Shown here one piece after another: positions 12,631 through 24,296 of a DNA stretch of 64,000 nucleotides. Each line of letters begins with the position of its first letter. The stretch's first letter is position 1. This stretch comes from Chara braunii (taxonomy: Eukaryota; Plantae; Charophyceae), in the NCBI GenBank assembly GCA_003427395.1, contig BFEA01000001.1, positions 13,243,552-13,307,551 on the forward strand, read 5' to 3'. Position numbers and translations under genes: made by a program. Under the pieces are notes generated by a model. The model did no database searches. It was not told the DNA's origin and saw nothing but the letters and a program-made list of their open reading frames with translations.

Positions 12631-15600
12631 CTCCCCCACCAATGCTAGTGGTGCTGATAAGAGCAGACACCACTAACACCTAGGGAGAGGCTCCATCCAT
12701 TGGTCGGGAGCATCACTTGCTGGAAAGCGGGTCCAACGTCTCATTTACAGCCTGAAAGTACATTAGAGAAACAATTTTGGGAAGTTCCTGCCAGCATTGA
12801 TTGCCCTAGAAACCCAGGGTATTGACTGAGCAGGGCATGAAAATGAAAAAGGGACAGGGGGAGAACCTCTTCACCCAGAACCGGGCGTCAGATACTTGCA
12901 GCTACACACTAGTTCCTCCCTCCCCCATCAGCCCCAGTCCCAACTGTCAACTCCTTTTTTTATCAAGGAACTATGATTGAGGAGGACGCCTGTCAGCATT
13001 GATTACTCTGTCTCCAGAGGATTGACTGAGCAGGTTGTTGGGATAAGGGGATAAACCTCCTCATCCTGTATCAAGTGCTAGATTCCTACTGCTAAGAGAC
13101 TAGTTCCTCCCTCTCCCAACTACCTTTTACTCTCTTTGTTTCACTCTCATAAAGGTACCGATTACTGGAAACAGGGTCCAACATCCCATCATCGTTTATA
13201 ATCCTCTACTGAGAGCTAGGACTAAGGGCAACTCTCCAATCTAAGAGTAGTGATATTTTGCAACAGGCCTACCGAGGGCCGCCTCTTCAGTCTGAAACCA
13301 GACCACCAGATCACACCTATTGCCCTAGCGGCAGCCTCCAATTCCTCTGGATGCCAGTTCTCAGACATCTCTGTAATTACCCCGTGTCACCCGTTTAGTC
13401 CGCGTCGTACCATTGCATTTCCACCATTGCCAATTGGTGGGGTGGGAAGGGGTCAGGAAATTTTGTGGCTGGTCGCAGTGGGATCTCCTAGCCCACAGTG
13501 GTCCAGTCTCTGAAAGAGATGCGGTAGTCTCTCCTGAACTCCTCCTGGTTGCCTACCTGGGCAGGCTTTCCTTCCCATCCTTCAGATGCAATCCAACCTC
13601 CTTTCTCACTGCCCAACCAGTCTCCAGAAAATTGGTGAATTGCCTATGTTATGTCCTTTGCTGAATGATATAAATCGAGTTGGTTTTTAGTTTTTTGCCA
13701 TTGTACCATGAGTTCTTGTTGAATGTATTGCCTTATCATGTCCACATGACCGCTCTCCTTCCTAATTTGAACATGTTGTTTTCAAAGGGATTGTCAACGG
13801 GGGAGGACCATGTCTCGCATAATATGGCCCTCTAGTCCCATGGCCAGTTGGAATCAGTACCCAACTGGGTCCAAATCCTATCCCACCATCGCCATGTGAG
13901 AACTGCCCCTGGGCACTGCATGAATATGTGCTCTATTGTTTCAGGGATTCTGCGGGAGGGAAAGGCAGCGTGGCATGATTTGCACCAAGGTAACGCCCGC
14001 CCCTTCTGCTCCTAATATGTGCGATCTATCAACCAATCATTGGTGGGCAGGCAGCGGTGTTCTATCTACCATTGAAGGGAGGCCATCTTCGCAGGCCTAA
14101 ACCTTGTGGCGGTGAACCATTGGATTGGGCAGATTGCCTCAATCCCTACATTCAAGTGGGACCTCCATTGGGCTTTCACTATTTCTTTTATGTTCACCTT
14201 TGGTCGTAGCAGACGATACGTGGCCTTCACCATTAGAGTGTGCAAATTCAGATTCGTTTCCGACCTGGGTTTTCGGTTGGGGACCCACTACCATTCATCC
14301 GGGTCAAAGAGTAGCTCCATCACGGGGGTATTTGGCTGATATGCAATCCAATTGTCTTTATCCCGCAGCACACGAATCCTGTGCAAATCTGCAGTTCTCC
14401 ACCTTCTCATCGCTTCTGGGAGGTATCGGGTAAGCTTATTTTCCTTGCCTATGTGGAAGAGGCTTACCAGCGTTTCGTCAGTTCACACATCCACCACATT
14501 GCCTACACTTTCAAAATCCTCCGGGGCAGGTACCCAGTCTCCTTCCATTAGTCGGGGCCGTTTCCGTAGAATGCGCACCCAGTCAAGCGGGACAGCAGTG
14601 ATCAGCAGATCAATATTCTCCTCAATCTTGTGATAGTGTTTGAGTATGGTTCTCACTTGTGGCCCCGTTTTCTAGTCCCCCACCTCTGTATTCCATATGT
14701 CCTTTATTATGATTATGCCTTTTTTGACCCAGCTGCTCCACGGGGTGTCTGAGCTGTAATACACTCTGTTGTGCCGGTCCATTAGACTTCTGTTTCCAAA
14801 AAGGGGCTGACGCATCACCTCCTCCCATCTAGTTGGCGGGGGTTGGTCAGGCAACGGAAGTTGGCGCCAGGCCTTCAAGACCCGGGTCCAGAAGTCATCT
14901 ATGACCAGGTCCGAGCGAGCTGTGTCTCGGGGTGAGTCTTGCTCTACATGGGGGCACCGTGGCACAATCCAAAAGCGGTCTTCCAGCCAGGTCAATGGGC
15001 TACCTCGTTGCTGTGTTTGTGGGGCAAGTCTGGCTATCATCATACACCATGGCCACACTAGGTCGAAGTTCCAGTGCCAGGGCAAACCATGGGAGGTGCT
15101 GAGTGAAAAGCAATCTCCTAACCCATTGGACAGTTAATGTTGTGATCTGAGTATCCGGGTCCAAGATCCCTAGGCCCTCTTTGTCCTTGGGTTGGATCAC
15201 CGATGGCCAGACTACCCTGCTGATGACGTTCGGGAGCTCACCATCGCCTCTCCACAACAGGGCCATTAATTGTCTCTTTAGCGATTGAATGGTCTCCCTG
15301 TTGAGAGTCCAAATTGCAGATTTATACCACAAGGCTGCCAACACTACGCTGTTGATCGCGAGCGCTCTCCCGATGAGGGAAGTGTGCTGGTCTTTCCAGT
15401 TAGCCAATTTTTCTAAAGTAGGCTTCAGGATCCACTCATCGTTCGAGGCAGGCTTGCCCAATGCCGTCAATCTAATTCCCAGTACTCCGATCGGGGCCGA
15501 TTCCGGAAGCCATTTGACCCGTGGCAGCTCCGGGGGGCGTGCCCCTTGATGGTGGATCCACAACCCCAAGGTCTTGTTTACCCAATTGACGGTCATATCT

Positions 15601-18140
15601 GAGACTGCTGTGAAGCAGTCAAATAATCTCCTAATCTCTTCCGTATTTGCTGCAGTGGCGTCTATCGTACGCGTCAAGTCGTCCGCAAACATCGAGCAAA
15701 AAGGGATCGCATCTTCCCAGATAGCCGAGATTTGCCGTCTCTTCAGGTCTTTGTTGGCATAGAGGTTTGCTGCTAGCGCCTCCATTGTGATGATAAAGAG
15801 GAAGGGTGCCAGGGGGTCCCCTTGGCGAACCGACCGTTGCAACGGAAAGGCTGGCGCTATCCTGCCATTAACTTGGACACATGTGGTGGCATTCTGATGT
15901 AGTATTTCGGTCCAGCGCCGGAAGACTGGTCCAATGTTCATTTTTTCCATACATCTGTTTAAAAATAGCCAGTCTTAGTCATACGCTTTTTCAAAGTCAA
16001 TGAAGATGACAACTGCATTCTGCTTATCTTGCCTTGTTAATTTGAGAAGTTCATTAAAGAGAAGAATATTGTCTTGGATCCTGCGTCCTTTGACAAAACC
16101 AATCTGTGTTGGGTGAATACTGTCGTCCAGGACCAGAATCAGTCGACTTGTCAAAGCGTTCGCTAACATTTTGTAGATGACTGTGAGTAATGTTATCGGT
16201 CGGTAGTTCCTGATATCCATTTTGTCCCCCTTTTTGTGCAACAAGGTGAGGATACCTTGCCCCACCAGCTCCCCCATCCGCCCTCTGTCCCACACATTGG
16301 GATAGAAATTCATGAGATCCGGGGCCATATGAGTCCAGAAGGTCTCCCAAAATTCCTTGGGAAATCCATCAACGCCCTGTGTTTTCTCCTCGTCCATCTG
16401 CATCATTGCCGTCCAGATTTCCTCCTTGGACAGGAGACGGGCCAAGTCTGTTTTTTGCTGGCCCGTCAGGGTATTTTCCAGTGGTTTCAAAAATTCCTCT
16501 ATTTCCTTCTCCCTTACGTTCCTCTCCCGTCGGGCACATCTTGAGGTGAACAGATCCTTGAAGAAGGACCTGGCTATCTGCATGCAATGAGGGGAGGAGG
16601 TGGCAATATCTTGGTGACCGGTTTGTGGATCATATAACGCTTGGTTGTTCTGTGCGAACGTGCTCGGGCCATGCTGAATAATTTTTTGTCCATTGTTCCT
16701 TCCGTTTGATACTTTGTCGGTCTTCCTCTTATGCGTGCGCCTTCCCAATGTTATGCGGCAAATGTCTGGAGTCGTTGTTGCAGTCTCTGTACCTCTGAAA
16801 GATCAACTGGCTGTGTGTGCGCTGTAGCATTATGTGAATTATTTGGTTGGTCCTGGTGCTCCAGTTGCTGCAGTTGTTGGCACTTTTTACCGAGATAGAA
16901 AAACCCGTTGAATATACCGTCATTGTGTGTGCCAGAATGCCCAACAATCGTTGATGCAATTCTGAAAGTTTTTTTTGTTGTAAGATAGAGGTATTGAATT
17001 TGTAAAAGTCGGGTCCTTGGTTGGGTTTCTTACGAAACGACAAAATGACCGAACACATTTTGTGACCAAGACTTGGATAAGGACTGGCAGGGAGGATCGT
17101 TGCTAAGAGCAACGATCCTCCCATGTCCTCCGAGATCAAAATCAAGTCTATCCGGGATCTGGACTGACTCTCAGTACCAGTCCTCCGTAGGCATGAATAA
17201 AACCTAGTATCTGGATTTAGCTTCCAGAAGGAATCAAATAGTTTAAGTGACATACATAACTCGTGGATTATCCGCTCATGCTCTTCCACATACGCCGGGG
17301 CAGGGGACGGCGCCCGCCATCTGTCCATCCAGCGATCCGGGGCTGCATTGCAATCCCGTGCAATAATAACCGGAACCCCATCCGGGATTTGCATCTTGAG
17401 GTTCTCAAAAAAGGCTCTTCTCTCACTTATGGTATTGGGGGCGTAGACATATACTATGCATAAAATTTCGAGTTCCAATGTGACCAGGATGGACACCCAT
17501 CGACCCCCCTCCTGATCCACTACCCAATGCACTGGGTCTGCCCTGGAGTCTGGGGGAATCCAGATGGCAACCCCTGCACTACCTGGTTTCGGGGCATGGG
17601 CTCTGAAGGCCTTGTATGGCCTGATCACTTTGTGGGTGTGATTGTGCTCCGGGGTGTCCATCAAGTGTGTTTCTTGCACACATACTATAATATCTGGCCA
17701 ATCCCTACCTCCCACCCCTCTCATCAAGTCCCAGATTGCATTTTGTTTTTCAGGTTTGCACGAGGCTAGACCATTCACATTCAGGGACCGCAGGTCCATG
17801 TCTGCTGCTCTCCTACATTGGTTCCAAATACGATCTTTCCCGTACACCGCTCTGACCGGGTCCAACCTACTTAAATTATTCATATACTCTCCATATTATG
17901 TAGCTTGTACTAGCCTGTAATAGCATCTTACAAACATACCCACGACAACTGATCCCAGTCCCAGTTCACAGTTCCCGCCAAGGGGCCGGACCTGAGGAGG
18001 GCACATAAGCATTTTTGAACGTCCTGTTCAATCCAGGTGTCACTGTGCCCGATCCTGGTTATTTGCAGGTTCAGTAGTTGGCCATGAGTAAGCCAACTTA
18101 GGCCTGCCTCCTTGGCGGGGTCAAAGCGAATGTAAACATC
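12150..18140 (-). mobile_element. L1/Tx1-like LINE (5'-truncated, degenerate ORF2) inserted into gypsy RT
   Basis: APE endonuclease (SLNVNGL, CVQETH, VYAPN, RSRIDLIL; 16729-17883), RT (NYRPITLL, IDFEKAYD, QGDPLAP, FADD; 15000-16748), zf-RVT-like ETIEHIFMQCP (~13910), ORF2 end ~13490, 3' UTR, then A/(AAG)n-rich tail seen as T/(CTT)n at ~12150-12625. Confidence 0.93.
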
Positions 18141-19974
18141 CTCTGGCTATCACCAGGTTGAAGTCGATCCTACGGACTAGCACAAGACTGCGTTCAAAAC
18201 ACGCGATGGGCTTTACGAGTTTACCATAATGCCCTTCGGTCTCAGGAACGCACCGGCCACCTTTCAAAGCCTCATGGACAAGGTCCTCCGCGAACAGATT
18301 GGTCGGTTCGTGGTGGTATACCTTGATGATATACTGATCTTCAGCAAATCCATAGAGGAACACATAAAGCACCTTGAGGAAGTGTTCACCATTCTCAAGA
18401 AGACGCAACTCCATCTCAACTTAGAGAAATATGAGTTTGGGAGGGATAGCGTCATCTATCTTGGGCATCGGTTGTCTGTTGCAGGCCTAGAGCTTGAGGC
18501 AACCAAGGTTGAGGTCATACGCAATTGGCCTCAACCCGCGAACATCTGCGAATTGCGCTCTTTCCTTGGTCTCGCATCGTACTACCGGAAGTTTGTAACC
18601 CACTTCTCTATTGTTGCTCGCCCGTTGTCCCGGTTAACAAGTAAGAACATTCCTGACGCTCGGGATACTGCATGCGAGGACGCCTTTCAAACTTTGAAAA
18701 AAACTTTGGTAAGTTACTCTGTACTCCGCATTGCAGATTCCAAACTGACATTCGTAGTTACTACGGATGCAAGCCAGTATGGAATTGGCGCAATGCTGCA
18801 GCAAGATGACGGGAATGGCCTACGACCGCTCGAATACTACAACAAACGCATGCCCAACGAAAAGGTAGCCACTTCCACCTACATGCGCGAGCTCTATGCT
18901 TTGCATATGGCTTTAGACCATTGGAAGCACTATCTTTTGGAACGCCACTTCAAAGTGTTCTCAGATCATGAGACTCTGAAGTGGATCAAAGAGCAAACTA
19001 CCCTGTCCCCTACCTTACTTCGGTGGTTCTATGGAATTGACATTTTCGACTAAACAACTGCAAATTATGCATGGTGCCCGTCTACTTGTTGCGCTTGAGA
19101 TCATCAAGTTTCTTCCGGGTTCTTGCGGCAGCATGTGGATCCTTAAATTGTTTGATAAGGATCTCCTCAAGTGTGGCTATGGGTGTGGCTTTGAGCCAGT
19201 GTGTCAAATTGATCTTAGTGTACCCGGCTTGCGTAGCTTGGACTTCTAAGAATCCTCGTACAGCCGGCTCGACGTTGGTCCCCATGATCAAGGACTGGCA
19301 GCGACTTCACCGACATGGGACGGACTTTCGGGGTTCTGCCAGGGTGGCTAGTTCAGATTGACCCCGGGGTGACTGTTCGGGGATTCTGCTGCTACGGCAG
19401 CCATAGCCAGGGTTTTTGAGGTGGCAAGGAGGAAGAAGAAGACTCCTGGATATCCCGTTGAATATTTGTTTGTGATTGTTTGGGGTTGTTGACAACGAGG
19501 TTGTGATTCTTGGAATGAAGTGCTCTGGATTGATTGGAGGACGGGAGATGAATAAAAATTGAAATTTGTTTTTCAATTCTCTTGTGTCTGTTGAGCTTCC
19601 GCTGTGCATCTCTCTCTGGTTTTGTGTGGATTTGCCTCCTTCGAGTCTACTCTGCGATTGCATGCCTCCGATCGCCGCCGGATCTTCTTGTAGCTGTAAA
19701 TCCAAAGGCCTAGTAAAGAGTCAACTCCATACCGTACATTTTCGGTCACATCCACTCCAGGATCCAAGGGAGTTGTTCCTTCAGACTGTGTAGAGTAAAA
19801 CCTGCTTAGGCTTAGCAGATACCTAGACCCCTTCCCTACTGGCGAAGTAGCCAGTGCTTTCCTGTCACCAGGTCTGTTTCGAGTTAGGCATGACTGCCAT
19901 CTTTTCGGTGTCTAGTGGCTTTTTTTGTGTATGGGAACATTCTATGTGGATTGAAGTTCAATCGGGTACATAAC

Positions 19975-20490
19975 AAGTATTTGAATTTTGAAGATAGATC
20001 AACATTTTTAGCAGAATCACTGAATTTCAACGAAGTATAACATTCACAGCCTGGCACAATCCTTATCTGTTACTGCAGGGCAGTCTTTTTAAGGATTTGA
20101 ATTTTGAAGATCAACAATTTTTTGCAGAATCACGAAATTCCATAGACGAAGTATAACATTCACAGCCTGGCACAATCCTTATCTGTAACTGCAGGGCAGT
20201 CTTGCTAAATCCGATAACTTATTGCTAAAGTCCTGCTGTTCCTTGCGCAGACAGCGGGCGAGTTTAACAGAGGTGGAGAGGCTGGGGGATTAATCGTTGT
20301 TACATCGTTCGGTACTACTCAGAGGTATGTACTCTGTATGTAGGTCTCAGGCTTACAGCAGCGGGCATGTTGAACAGAGGTGGAGAGGCCGGGGGATTAA
20401 ATTCTGATCAATCGTTGTTATATCGTTAAGTACCAGTCAGAGGTATGTACTCTGTAATAGTCTGTATGCAGGTGTCAGTCTTACAGCAAT
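19975..20490. repeat. Two adjacent local duplications (~120 bp and ~110 bp units)
   Basis: ACGAAGTATAACATTCACAGCCTGGCACAATCCTTATCTG occurs at ~20028 and ~20147; AACAGAGGTGGAGAGGC...CAGAGGTATGTACTCTGTA occurs at ~20266 and ~20373. Confidence 0.85.
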
Positions 20491-20699
20491 GTATGCTTCC
20501 TATTTGATGATTACCCTTCCTTCATCTGCTCAATTTGAGAGTAAAATGGTTCAATGCCTGAAGGCAATATCAGCTGTTTCTTCTTCAATTCATTGATATT
20601 CTGTGTCTCGCATTACTCCTTTCCGTCCGACATTGCCTTTCATTTTGTAATGCGTTTTGTCTTCTTTCTGTCATTGCCATTCATCTGTGCACGTAACAG

Positions 20700-21031
20700 G
20701 TCGTCACGCGTTTTTGACCTCAATGCCGGACTCTGCATTCTACCATGAGAAGGATTTACGGATTGGCAGTTTCATTAGGGTGTACGATCGGGATCTACTC
20801 CTCCACGATTGTGACGAGTACACATACCAGCACTACAGGACAAAATGGGGGCTTACCGATGAGGATCTTATGCCAGTGGACATCCAAGAACCTCCTCCTG
20901 TGCTGCCACAAAATATGATCCCTCCACATAATGGCTTTGGACAAGAAAAGGATGCGCTCCAGAACTGCATTTCACTTATTCCCAAACCCCTTAGGAAGGA
21001 TTTCAACAAGCTGATGACCAATGATGGAAAG
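20700..21031 (+). CDS. RIB72: RIB72/EFHC1-family exon (end of a DM10 domain plus linker)
   Basis: CAG acceptor / GTATGT donor; encodes YHEKDLRIGSFIRVYDRDLLLHDCDEYT...PPHNGFGQEKDALQNCISLIPKP...DGK, typical of EFHC1/RIB72. Confidence 0.9.
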
Positions 21032-21535
21032 GTATGTCGTTTGCGCACATAACTTCAGAATGGGAAGAGAACGGAAAGAATGAAACTTCAGAAAGGAAAA
21101 ACGATGGAAAGGCATGTCATTGCTGATGCACTCCAGTCCAGAAGGAACCCCGAGTGGTCTTCAAAGGGGATAGGTATGGTGAGGTGCCACAAACTCCTAC
21201 TGAAAGAATGTAAGTGAGTGAAGAAAATGACCTTGATTGTTGAACTGACCAGGTTGGGCTTGAGTTGTAGGTTATGGTTAAACTAGAATGTGAAATGGCC
21301 AGCCCATTGATAATGCACAGTCTTCGGTTAACACGTAGTGCAAGGACCATTCAATCTACCGCTATTAAGCCCTGTCCTGAACAGGGACAATGCGCTCACC
21401 TATGATTCAGGAAGTAGCCTTTGGCAGAGGCTGATTCAAAAAATGGCTCCCTGGAACAACAGCCAGACCAATTCGGCTCCCATCTCACCTCCCTCTCTCT
21501 TCTTGGACTCGGTTAATCCCTAGATGCAGGCTGTG

Positions 21536-21536
<1 letters not shown>

Positions 21537-21618
<82 letters not shown>

Positions 21619-21619
21619 N

Positions 21620-21712
<93 letters not shown>
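21537..21712. repeat. (CT)n/(GT)n microsatellite; similar (CT)n/(AG)n tracts at ~26155, 27915, 31450, 41583, 43605-44420, 49328, 50349, 54031-54540
   Basis: Directly visible; most N-gaps are bounded by these tracts. Confidence 0.97.
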
Positions 21713-22504
21713 TTTGCCTGACACATAGCACGAATACTTCATGCTACGTAACCTCACAGGAACCTGTGATACGACCGTCCGTGCCCCAGATCCTCACCCG
21801 CATCCAGTCTCACGTTTGTTTAGTCATTTGGGGGGAACTGGGTTTTATTGCCCTATAGACTATGTAGGACTCAGTAGGAGCATATATTGTTAGACTTTTG
21901 ACATAGGTTGGCAAGGCCATTCCCAAAGCACCAAAGGAAAAGACCAGTAGGGTGGAAGAGGCAGAAGACATCAGACACGAAAGAACTGGGCAAAGCAGCA
22001 AGGCAACTTCATGGAGGGCACACATAGGCTGGAGGGGACGGGGGAGGCGGGAGGACCGACAGTATAGTAGCACATAGAAGAACACACTGGGGCAAGGGAA
22101 AAGATCAGCAAAAGGAGAAGACAGTACACAGCAACCAAGAACCAACCAGCCAAAGCAGCCAGGCACAAGCAGGGATGCAACACAGGTTGGTGGGCATGCG
22201 GGAGGCTGGAGGGCAGAGAACACTCAAACACACAGTGCAACAAGAAGAAAGGGAAACAAAAGATGGTAAAGGAGAGGGCACGAGGCAACAGGCGATAGGA
22301 CGACAGGCAGCAGCATAGGACTAGAGGCAGCGAGGTGAAAAGACAAGGCTGCAGGGCACGGGGGAGGCGGGAGGGCAGACAACACACAAACACGTCAAGC
22401 AGACGACACACAAGCACACCACCCAGACCAAGCAAACGACGCAAAACCACACAAAACAGACAAGCGGAAATTTTCAAGGACTGAAAAAAAATAAAACTGA
22501 TGAT

Positions 22505-22560
22505 AAATTGTTTCGTCAGAGTTGCACCGACTCATCAGGAGGCTGAACCTTCGACAATCT
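22505..22560 (-). ncRNA. Type III hammerhead ribozyme motif
   Basis: - strand AGAUUGUC^GAAGGUUCAGCCUC-CUGAUGA-GUCGG-UGCAACU-CUGAC-GAAA-CAAUUU: full core (CUGAUGA, GAAA, GUC triplet), stem II 5 bp, stem III 7 bp, stem I with one bulged A. Confidence 0.85.
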
Positions 22561-24187
22561 GCGGAATGCCCGCATTAATAGTTTGGTTCATGAAACTTTT
22601 GAGTCTTGACCCACGTTGAAGGCAGACTGTCCCCAAGCGGAACATAGCAGTGGGCAGAAACTCAGCGAAGCACCAGGCAACGCTGGAGCAACTCTAACTG
22701 CACAATGCCGACAACGACTGCAAGGAACGACACAGCAAGCAGGCGAGCAGCACAGCAACAGCGCAACGAAGCACAAGGCAACACCAACACAGCAGCCACA
22801 TCATATGACACACAAGCAAGGAACGCGGAAGGAACGGCACGCAGATGGGCAGCAAGGCAACAGTGCAGCGAAGCACTGGGGCAACACCAACACGACGGCC
22901 ACATCACATAGTGAACACAGCAACTGGCAAAGAACGGCATGCAACTCCAGCGGGACGGGCAGCAAGGCAGTGGCAGAGCGCAGACAAGGCAGTCTGCACA
23001 TCCAACACGGAGCAAAGCGGCACATCACCTACTCACATCACGGGTGAACTTCGCAGACTGTTGGTTCCCACCACCTGCTGAGCCAGGAAGGTACTCCGGC
23101 GGACGTCAATCATCCACCCACAGACCTCATGCACCACAGACATCACAGATGGAGTGCCCCCCTAAGAGCCCTGCAGGCACTCCAAACTACCAACCACGGA
23201 CAATTTACCACTTCTTAAGGGTGCTCACGGAGATACACACAAAGTACTTGGGAAAAATCAAGAAAGGGGAAAACCATCAAAATGATTGTGTGTGCGTGTC
23301 TTTTGTTTTCTCTGAGTCTGTGTTTGGAAAACCCTCATTTCCTGACTATGAGCCAGGTACCGGCCTCTAGCCAACTGCATTACTGGCTGACAATTGCAGA
23401 GACAAATTGCATTCAGAAGATGATGCTCATCCAGCAGACCGTCAATCAGCATTACTTATGACATGTGCCTCAGACACTCAGAATACGATGCGATTGAATT
23501 CGCTTCACTGAAGGGAAACAGCAAGAAGAAGGTCCCACATGAAGGATGCACACAAACTCGAAGAATACACCTCCATCCGACCTCCTCCAACCTCCTGCAA
23601 ATTACTACTTTGCCAGCAATCATTGTTACGGCCAAGAGTGAATGAGCTGTACGCCCCCAGGGGCCACACCTGTGAACACTGCCATTAGATCTCCACAGCA
23701 GGTCCTTGCGAGTCTTCACTCGTTTTAGGCCACCCAATTATAGCCTATATCTCAACCTATGCCAGCGCCAGTACGAACTCAAGGTCGATATTCCAACCAA
23801 ATTCAACCATGCAGGTGCTTTCAATGTCTCCCAGCCCTAGTGCCATCTTCCCCTAACCTGTACACATTCCACGATCCTAAGCACCTGTGAAGGTGGGCAT
23901 CCACCATAATCAGAAGCTTGAAAACTCGCGCCAGAAAATTCCATCACTGCGCAAAAAACTTGGCATTTCTTCAAAAGTAGTCAGCACCATTAAATGAACA
24001 AAGGGAGGAATCTACCAGCCTGGCAGCCTGCACTCAAAAGATCCTTAACAACTTAACAGGAGAATAGCTGGCCTTATATAGCCTGGGTAGAAGTATCGGG
24101 CCGATGGTTGAATTGGCATTGCCCAATCCCAGTAGAAGCTTCTAGGGACTGGGACAACTGTATGTTGTTGTCCTATGGCTAAATGTC

Positions 24188-24296
24188 TACCTTCTTCCCC
24201 CGAATACAACGTATGGTCATTATAGCGGTATTTAGACTGAAAGATGCCTCAAATACAGCTATGATGACCATACGTTGTGTTCGGGGGAAGAAGGTA
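24188..24296. mobile_element. Palindromic MITE-like element with TA flanks (Tc1/mariner-Stowaway-like)
   Basis: 46-nt arms 24188-24233 and 24251-24296 are near-perfect inverted repeats (3 differences); TA at both ends. Confidence 0.75.

Larger units (their letters stand above)
8205..19870 (-). mobile_element. Rearranged Ty3/gypsy chromovirus (element 2) containing an inverted gag-pol block and a nested LINE
   Basis: - strand: gag N-part 19291-19055, gag middle ~10690-10385 fused to integrase C-half (ANGLAEEV, YNNSIHSATDMTP), GPY/F-like and chromodomain region 10080-9499. + strand: zinc knuckle CLHCQKPNHKVQEC (~10830), protease LIDCGAT (11038-11550), RT N-part (11875-12150), RT C-part/RNase H (YLDD, TDASQYGIG; 18142-19053). 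Upstream (right-hand) boundary approximate. Confidence 0.85.

Noticed and set aside
12097-12683. Lys/Phe/Ser-rich ORFs, plus the ER/LS/X-rich ORFs elsewhere
   Set aside because: Translations of poly-T, (CTT)n and (CT)n tracts and N-gaps
12792-12833. Kink-turn/box C/D-like motif (UUGAUU...UUGA) on the + strand
   Set aside because: The 45910 copy loses the GA (ATTAAC), and wobble pairs favour the - strand fold
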